A stretch of DNA of 52,137 nt, taken from an uncultured Bacteroidota bacterium (GTDB taxonomy: Bacteria > Bacteroidota > Bacteroidia > 2-12-FULL-35-15). Within the stretch, counting starts at the first letter, position 1. The number at the start of each line of letters is the position of its first letter. The notes under the pieces were generated by a model. That model searched no databases and was not told where the DNA came from. It worked only from the letters and a program-made list of their open reading frames with translations. Below, one piece after another: positions 46,309 to 52,137 of the stretch. The stretch is from assembly GCA_903870175.1 (NCBI GenBank), contig CAIQBY010000409.1, forward strand, positions 1 through 52,137, in the 5' to 3' direction. The translations under genes and the position numbers were made by a program.

Positions 46309-48060
46309 TTATTGGATAACAATCTTTTTTATTTCTATCGTATTATTCGCAGCATCTTTTATTGTTAGAAAATACAAACCATTGCCGCCCCATGTTGTAA
46401 TATCTATATAAAATTGTTGTTGGTTTATTAATGAGAAAAATACCTGCTGGCTTAATGTGTTTGTGATAATACATTTGTATCCACTCATCAAACTATAATT
46501 GCCATTATCAATATAAATATGGTCTGACGTTGGGTTGGGATATACTTTTATTGTAGTTGTATTGTTTGGCGGACTAGCGCCTGTGAGTACAGGATGAATT
46601 ATCAGAGTGTCTGTTACTGAAATAAAAGTTGTGATTGTATCATATGTGGTACAAACATTACCTGTGGTGTCATATACAATAGTGCTGATACTTGTATTGC
46701 TGCTGCATCCCGCCCCTGTAGTATAACTATAATTAATGACTTTAGTTCCCAAACCTACTGCGTGTGGATTAAATGATGAAGTTGAAACCGCACCGGAATA
46801 AGTTCCTCCGGCAGGACTTCCTGTTAATGTTATTGTAGCTGCATTATTATTAATTAAGCTGCCAATAGAGCCAAGAGTTACAACTGGATTAGGATTAACT
46901 GTAACAGTAGTTGCTGAACTTGTGGTGCTGCATGCTCCATTACTTATTACAACAGTATAATTCCCAGATTGAGTTGCAGTATAACTGCTATTTGTAAAAC
47001 CGCTTAACAAAGTACTATTAACATACCATTGATACGTATATCCTTTACCGGTATTAGCATTTAAAGTAACAAAGCCGCCTTGACAGAATGTTGTTCCACT
47101 TTGCGGAGTAATCGTTGCAGGTGGATTAGTACAGGAAACAGTATATTTAATTATATTAGTATATCCACATGCATAACCTACATTCAGACTTGGAAAACAT
47201 ATTTTTGACAATCGTGTTGTATTAGTAGCTTCCCATCCCCAAGTTGCTCCTCCGTCAATAGTCTTAATAACTGTACTTGTGTCTACCGATGCATTCCCTC
47301 CGCATATATAACCAACTGTAGAAGATAAAAATTTAATACTTGTCAATGTCTGTCCCGATGTACCGGTAGTAAATGGAGTCCAGGTGCTTCCGCCATTAGT
47401 TGTTTTTAATGCTGTACTTCCATCACCAACTGCATAACCATTGGTAGCACTTGTAAAAAACACGGAATACAATGTATTGGTTGTACCACTATTGCCTGGT
47501 GTCCATGTTGACCCGCCATTTGAAGTGTAAAGTACTGTACCATTATATCCTACAGCACATCCATTATTACTGTCATAAAAATAAACAGCATAAATAACCT
47601 GACTTGTTCCGGTAGATTGTGGTGTCCAGGTGGCACCTGCATTTGTAGTTTTCAAAATAACTCCGGGACCTCCGCATACAAATCCAATATTATTATCTAC
47701 AAAGTACAGGTTTCTTAAATCAGTAGTAATTCCTGAATTTAACGCTGCCCAATTAGTTCCCCCGTTAACTGATTTTAGAATTGTTCCGGCATTGCCGGCT
47801 ACATATATTGTATCGAGTGATGTATATTGACATTGAAATAAATCAACTGTTGTTCCCGAGGTCAAAGGAGCCCAACTTGTACCATTTGTGGTTTTTAAAA
47901 TTACTCCTCCAATACCAACAGAAATTCCAGTAGTGTTATTTGTGAAACTAATTCCATAAAGCCAGTTAGTTGCTCCACTTGTAAGCGGAGTCCATGTTTG
48001 TGAATACATTGATAATGTAAGAAACATTGCGATAATAATTGTTGTAATTGTTTTTTTCAT
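46309..48060 (-). CDS. T9SS type-A cargo protein A: Asp-box (BNR/Ycf48-like) propeller + Ig-like stalk + CTD
   Basis: 583 aa. Signal peptide, then repeated T(T/S)NGG.TW Asp-box motifs. Stalk YTVSCTNPPATITPQ...YTYQWYVN... CTD IKVYPNPTSDHIYI...GLYFLTIKDAANNTIEIKKIVIQ. Confidence 0.88.
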   Translation of the reverse strand: MKKTITTIIIAMFLTLSMYSQTWTPLTSGATNWLYGISFTNNTTGISVGIGGVILKTTNGTSWAPLTSGTTVDLFQCQYTSLDTIYVAGNAGTILKSVNGGTNWAALNSGITTDLRNLYFVDNNIGFVCGGPGVILKTTNAGATWTPQSTGTSQVIYAVYFYDSNNGCAVGYNGTVLYTSNGGSTWTPGNSGTTNTLYSVFFTSATNGYAVGDGSTALKTTNGGSTWTPFTTGTSGQTLTSIKFLSSTVGYICGGNASVDTSTVIKTIDGGATWGWEATNTTRLSKICFPSLNVGYACGYTNIIKYTVSCTNPPATITPQSGTTFCQGGFVTLNANTGKGYTYQWYVNSTLLSGFTNSSYTATQSGNYTVVISNGACSTTSSATTVTVNPNPVVTLGSIGSLINNNAATITLTGSPAGGTYSGAVSTSSFNPHAVGLGTKVINYSYTTGAGCSSNTSISTIVYDTTGNVCTTYDTITTFISVTDTLIIHPVLTGASPPNNTTTIKVYPNPTSDHIYIDNGNYSLMSGYKCIITNTLSQQVFFSLINQQQFYIDITTWGGNGLYFLTIKDAANNTIEIKKIVIQ

Positions 48061-48151
48061 TTTGTTTTTCTTTTTTTTAATTGTTTGTAAATCTATGGTT
48101 AATTATTGTTCTAAAAATTCTTTTCTGTCAATTCATACTAATTCTATCTAA

Positions 48152-48189
48152 AAAAGTCCCGCCTTGACTTTAATCAAAACGGGACTTTT
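48152..48189 (-). terminator. Hairpin terminator belonging to the orphan CTD fragment
   Basis: AAAAGTCCCG (48152..48161) / CGGGACTTTT (48180..48189) with an inner TTGA/TCAA pairing. It lies 19 nt downstream (minus strand) of the fragment's stop codon. Confidence 0.6.
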
Positions 48190-48207
48190 CTTTTACCTTT
48201 TTTATTT

Positions 48208-48333
48208 TTACTGCACCACTATCTTCCTGTTCACCACATTTTTATTTGCATCTGTTATCTGCACAAAACAAACACCCTTTGCATAGCTGCTCATATCAAG
48301 TGTTACACTCTTACCATTCCTAATTCTTAATTC
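48208..48333 (-). pseudogene. Orphan 3' fragment of a T9SS type-A CTD gene (stop codon retained, no 5' part)
   Basis: The minus strand reads ...NGKSVTLDMSSYAKGVCFVQITDANKNVVNRKIVVQ then stop. An in-frame stop lies upstream at 48334..48336, and there is no signal peptide or passenger domain. Confidence 0.7.
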
Positions 48334-48388
48334 CTAATTTCTTTGCCACTACCTCTATTATTTTAGTTATCTTTGTAAAAAAATAATT

Positions 48389-48610
48389 ATGTACACATCA
48401 TTTATAGTTAAGGCGAACGAACTTGACGAAAAATTTTTAAAAAGCATTAAAACGCTTTTTAAAAGTAAAACTATTTCTATTACCATAGAAGACGAACCTG
48501 ATACAACTGAATATTTGCTTTCAACCGAAGCTAATCGCAAGCATTTGAAAGAATCGCTGGCAGAAGCTAAAAAAGGAAAATTGGTTAAGGTTAGTATCGA
48601 CAAGTTGTAA
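48389..48610 (+). CDS. Antitoxin partner of the YoeB-like toxin
   Basis: 73 aa. The C-terminal TEYLLSTEANRKHLKESLAEAKKG resembles the toxin-binding tail of YefM/Phd antitoxins. The stop overlaps the toxin start (TAATG). Confidence 0.7.
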   Translation: MYTSFIVKANELDEKFLKSIKTLFKSKTISITIEDEPDTTEYLLSTEANRKHLKESLAEAKKGKLVKVSIDKL

Positions 48611-48867
48611 TGAGGGAAACTTCATTTACTACCTCCGCTTTCAAACAATTTGAAAATTGGAAAACTGCTGACAAAAAAATCTATTCTAAAATTGTTGAAC
48701 TTCTTAAAGCAATTGAACAAGATCCTTTTGATGGTATTGGAAAACCGGAACCACTTAAACATTTTATTAAAGGTTGCTGGAGCAGACGAATAACTAAAGA
48801 ACACCGACTTGTATATCAAGTTAGCAAAACCAACATCATTATTATCTCCTGTAAGTTTCATTATTAA
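48610..48867 (+). CDS. yoeB: Type II toxin, YoeB/Txe family
   Basis: 85 aa. ...DPFDGIGKPEPLKHFIKGCWSRRITKEHRLVYQV....IIIISCKFHY. Confidence 0.85.
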   Translation: MRETSFTTSAFKQFENWKTADKKIYSKIVELLKAIEQDPFDGIGKPEPLKHFIKGCWSRRITKEHRLVYQVSKTNIIIISCKFHY

Positions 48868-48893
48868 CTTTTTTGTTCAGATAACCAATCTTT

Positions 48894-48934
48894 CGAATTT
48901 AGGAATCGTGATGTACTTGGATTAGTAAATTCGC
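48894..48934. repeat. Hairpin-family copy E4 (degenerate)
   Basis: CGAATTTAGGAATC (48894..48907) and GATTAGTAAATTCGC (48920..48934). The tail TTTATTAGCCTTTCGTATC abuts the stop at 48953. Confidence 0.55.
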
Positions 48935-48952
48935 TTTATTAGCCTTTCGTAT

Positions 48953-50146
48953 CTATTCTACCACCACTTTTTTATTCACCACATTTTTCTTATCATCGGT
49001 TATCTGTATCAGATAAGTACCTTTTGCTTGATTAGATAAATCTAATTCAATATTGTTTTTTCCTGTTTCAATAGAATAAATTAATTCTCCTAAAGTATTA
49101 AAAACTTTAACTGTCGTTTTTGTATTTGATTTATCATTAATCGTAATTTCGAATTTACCTTTTGATGGATTAGGATAAATTGTACAGCTAACCTTGTTTT
49201 CAATTTTATTTATTCCAGCATTTATTTCCGTAGTCTTTATTATTGTAGCATATCCGCAAGCATATCCTGCATTGAAACTAGGAAAACAAAATTTCGCCAA
49301 TCTGGTTGTATTAGTTGCTTCCCAAGTCCACGTTGTACCTCCGTCATGCGTTTTAATAATTGTACTTGTGTCGGCTGCCAAATTCCCGCCACAAATAAAA
49401 CCGGTATTAGGGGACAAAAATTTAACACTTGTCAATGTTTGACTAGATGTGCCCGTATTCATAGGAGACCAGGTACTTCCGCCATTTGTTGTTTTTAATG
49501 CAGTACTTCCATCGGCAGCCGCATAACCTGTAGTAACACTGGTAAAACAAACGCCATAAATAGTATTAGTTGTTCCGCTTGTAGCTGGATTCCAAGTTGT
49601 GCCGCCATTAGTTGTATAAATTATTGTTCCTGCTGCCCCTACAGCACAACCATTATTAATATCAGAAAAATAAATTGCATAAAGAACCTGGCTTGTTCCC
49701 GAAGATTGGGCTGTCCAAGTTGCTCCTGCATTTGATGTTTTTAAAATTGTTCCCGAACTGCCACATACAAATCCATTATTTGCATCAACAAAGAAAACAT
49801 ATCTGAGTGGCTGAGTACTTCCTGTATTTAAGGTTGTCCAAGTCGTACCGCCATTAGTAGTTTTAATTACTGTTCCTGTATTTCCTGATGCATAGACTGT
49901 GTCAAGAGCTGTATGTTGACAACAATACAAATCAATAGTTGTCCCTGAATTCAGAGGAGTCCAATTAGTTCCATTTGTGGTTTTTAAAATTAGACCGCCG
50001 ATACCTACAGAATATCCTGTATTGTCATTTGGAAAAGTAATTCCATAAAGCCAATTGGTTGCTCCGCTTGTAAGTGGAGTCCAAGCCTGTGCATTTATTT
50101 CTAACGAGAAAAATGCTGCTAAAATAATAATGTAAAGTTTTTTCAT
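48953..50146 (-). CDS. T9SS type-A cargo protein B: Asp-box propeller + short CTD
   Basis: 397 aa. Signal peptide MKKLYIIILAAFFSLEINAQ. The propeller is collinear with protein A. CTD CTIYPNPSKGKFEITI...GTYLIQITDDKKNVVNKKVVVE. Confidence 0.88.
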   Translation of the reverse strand: MKKLYIIILAAFFSLEINAQAWTPLTSGATNWLYGITFPNDNTGYSVGIGGLILKTTNGTNWTPLNSGTTIDLYCCQHTALDTVYASGNTGTVIKTTNGGTTWTTLNTGSTQPLRYVFFVDANNGFVCGSSGTILKTSNAGATWTAQSSGTSQVLYAIYFSDINNGCAVGAAGTIIYTTNGGTTWNPATSGTTNTIYGVCFTSVTTGYAAADGSTALKTTNGGSTWSPMNTGTSSQTLTSVKFLSPNTGFICGGNLAADTSTIIKTHDGGTTWTWEATNTTRLAKFCFPSFNAGYACGYATIIKTTEINAGINKIENKVSCTIYPNPSKGKFEITINDKSNTKTTVKVFNTLGELIYSIETGKNNIELDLSNQAKGTYLIQITDDKKNVVNKKVVVE

Positions 50147-50197
50147 TTTGTTTTTGTTTTTAATTGTTAATAATTATTGTTTGTGAAGTTATTGGTA

Positions 50198-51955
50198 TTA
50201 TTGTATTACTATCTTTTTCACTTCTATTACACTGTTTGCCGCATTCCTTATAGTAAGAAAGTACAATCCATGTCCTGTCCAGGTATTTAAATCAATATAA
50301 TATTGTTGCTGATTAATAAGCGTATAAAACACCTGCTGACTCAAGGTATTTGTAATAGAACAGGTATATCCATTCATCGAACTATAGTTCCCGAAGTTGA
50401 TATAAATGTGGTCGGAAGCGGGATTCGGATATACTTTTATTGTATTCGTATTGTTTGGCGGACTTATTCCTGTAAGTACAGCATGTATTATTAAAGTATC
50501 GGTTACCGAAATAAGTGTGGTGATTGTATCATAAGTGGTGCAGACATTACCTGTGGTATCATACACAATTGTGCTTATACTTGCATTGCCGCTGCATCCA
50601 GCCCCTGTGGTATAACTATAATTAATAACTTTAGTTCCCAACCCAACTGTATGTGGATTAAATGAAGAAGTTGAAACCGCACCGGAATAAGTTCCTCCAA
50701 CTGGACTACCTGTTAATGTTATTGTAGCTGAATTATTATTAATTAAGTTGCCAATATAGCCAAGAGTTACGGTTGGATTAGGATTAACGGTAACTGCTGT
50801 TGCAGTACTGGTGGTGCTGCATGCACCACTGCTTACAACAACAGTATAATTCCCTGATTGAGTTGCAGTATAACTGCTATTTGTAAAACCGCTTAACAAA
50901 CTTCCATTTACATACCATTGATATGTAAATCCTGTTCCTGTATTCGCATTTAAAGTAACAAAGCCGCCTTGACAGAATGTTGTATTTCCTTGCGGAGTAA
51001 TCGTTGCAGGTGGATTGGTACAGGAAACAGTATATTTTATAATTGTTCCTGTATAACCTACCGCATACCCACAGTTCCTATTTACAAAACTGCATCTTAC
51101 CAAACCCTGAGTTCCCGGATAACTTATTGCCCAAGTGGCGCCGCCATCTGTTGTTTTCAGAATAGTTCCTGTACTTGTCGAAAGATTAATTCCCATTATA
51201 AAACCAACTAAAGTATCCGCAAATTTCACATCCGACAGTGCATCTGTAGTACCGCTTGTAATACCCGACCAACTGCCTCCTGCTGTGGTTGTACCTCTTA
51301 TCATACCTGTTCTGCCAACAATAAATCCATTATTCACACTCGGAAAATCAAGCCCAGACATTACAGTTGTTGTTCCGCTTACTTCAGCTAACCAACTGCT
51401 GCCACCGCTTGTAGTTTTATATATTTCACCACCATAAGTACAAAAGTAACCATCAGTTGCAGAAGTAAATTTTATACCATAAATAGCATTTAACGAAGCA
51501 TTGGTTTGCTGATTCCATGTTGCGCCTCCATCAGTTGTTTTAAAAACAGAACCATAACTTGCGCCGCCACCGCCTGCATAACCTGTACTCGCGTTATAAA
51601 AAGATACATTTCGCAATCCGTCTGTTGTAAATGAAGAAACAACGTTCCATGTGCTGCCATCTGTAGTTCTCAGCACTGTACCGCCATCTCCCACAGCCAC
51701 GCCTGTTGTTGCACTTGTAAAACAAATAGAATAAAGATTGGATGAAGTATTACTTGTTTGAGTAACCCAAGTTGCACCACCATCTATTGTTTTCATTATC
51801 AACCCCGAAAATCCGCAAACGTAACAAACGCTTGGGCTAATAGCAGCAACCCCCTGCAAATAAGTTGTCGTTCCGCTATTTAATATTGTCCATGTTTGTG
51901 CATTTATTTCTAAAGAGAAAAATGTTGCTAAAATAATAATGTAAAGTTTTTTCAT
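50198..51955 (-). CDS. T9SS type-A cargo protein C: divergent Asp-box propeller + Ig-like stalk + CTD
   Basis: The start is moved to the internal ATG (MKKLYIIILATFFSLEINAQ signal peptide, same as protein B); the listed ORF extends to 52045. The stalk and CTD are nearly identical to those of protein A. Confidence 0.85.
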   Translation of the reverse strand: MKKLYIIILATFFSLEINAQTWTILNSGTTTYLQGVAAISPSVCYVCGFSGLIMKTIDGGATWVTQTSNTSSNLYSICFTSATTGVAVGDGGTVLRTTDGSTWNVVSSFTTDGLRNVSFYNASTGYAGGGGASYGSVFKTTDGGATWNQQTNASLNAIYGIKFTSATDGYFCTYGGEIYKTTSGGSSWLAEVSGTTTVMSGLDFPSVNNGFIVGRTGMIRGTTTAGGSWSGITSGTTDALSDVKFADTLVGFIMGINLSTSTGTILKTTDGGATWAISYPGTQGLVRCSFVNRNCGYAVGYTGTIIKYTVSCTNPPATITPQGNTTFCQGGFVTLNANTGTGFTYQWYVNGSLLSGFTNSSYTATQSGNYTVVVSSGACSTTSTATAVTVNPNPTVTLGYIGNLINNNSATITLTGSPVGGTYSGAVSTSSFNPHTVGLGTKVINYSYTTGAGCSGNASISTIVYDTTGNVCTTYDTITTLISVTDTLIIHAVLTGISPPNNTNTIKVYPNPASDHIYINFGNYSSMNGYTCSITNTLSQQVFYTLINQQQYYIDLNTWTGHGLYFLTIRNAANSVIEVKKIVIQ

Positions 51956-52072
51956 TTTGTTTTTGTTTTTAATTGTTTGTAAAATTATATTAATTATAGT
52001 ACTTATCCCTATGATTATTTTTTCTATATACTTATTTAATTCCATTCTATCTACTTTCTTATTTCTTTTACC

Positions 52073-52080
52073 TACCTTTG
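52073..52080 (+). promoter_or_regulatory. Candidate -7 promoter box (TACCTTTG)
   Basis: TAnnTTTG match 17 nt upstream of the ATG at 52098. Confidence 0.35.
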
Positions 52081-52097
52081 TTATCTGATTTTAAAAT

Positions 52098-52137
52098 ATG
52101 ACAAAAGAAGAAATACATTATTACGCATCTCAACAAA
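52098..52137 (+). CDS. Start of an unidentified gene running off the window (MTKEEIHYYASQQ...)
   Basis: An ATG preceded by a promoter-like box, with the frame open to the window end. Only 13 codons are visible. Confidence 0.3.
   Translation, partial: MTKEEIHYYASQQ

Noticed and set aside
51956-52045. 30-codon N-terminal extension of cargo gene C (MELNKYIEKIIIG...)
   Set aside because: The internal Met starts a canonical signal peptide identical to that of gene B. The 81-nt identity with B's leader shows that the conserved start is at 51955.

Overview
This is a low-GC chromosomal window of Bacteroidota type. The evidence is many T9SS C-terminal sorting domains, recurrent TAnnTTTG promoter boxes and a single-Cys L36.

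Layout:
1. 1-16.6 kb: a partial NarL-type response regulator, a small TPR protein and a ~15.5 kb ABC-transporter-dependent surface-glycan locus. The locus holds a ligase/polymerase-like protein, two GT4 enzymes, Wzm/Wzt, a dual GT2, an MBOAT plus AlgX-like pair, a tandem pair of GT-C-like proteins and a tandem pair of acyltransferase-3 proteins.
2. 16.7-16.9 kb: an array of 11 x 21-bp tandem repeats in a 3'-3' intergenic gap.
3. 17-24.9 kb: a TPR histidine kinase with a NarL regulator, then a 1676-aa T9SS type-B adhesin carrying ten exactly phased 240-bp repeats.
4. 25.2-27.8 kb: an S9 peptidase and a DUF4337-like protein.
5. 27.8-33.9 kb: an accessory patch. Two T9SS type-A cargo genes flank a GC-rich orphan gene, a 6 x 41-bp repeat array and a small wHTH-like gene. 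A ParE-type TA pair follows.
6. 34-45.8 kb: carA and the ribosomal cluster rplQ-rpoA-...-rpsQ-rpmC. I added rpmJ and rpmD by hand. The cluster ends abruptly at rpmC, with no rplP or other S10-operon genes.
7. 46.1-52 kb: three mosaic Asp-box propeller T9SS cargo paralogues, two orphan CTD gene fragments and a YoeB-type TA pair.

I recognised no rRNA, tRNA, CRISPR array, transposase or integrase.

Best candidates for something new:
- The module-shuffled T9SS cargo family, with its orphan CTD cassettes and a recurring hairpin element, inserted where the S10 operon should continue.
- The GC-rich orphan gene, 41-bp dyad-repeat array and wHTH gene as one module.
- The 21-bp repeat array.

All functional calls come from motif recognition by eye. 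No database search was run.
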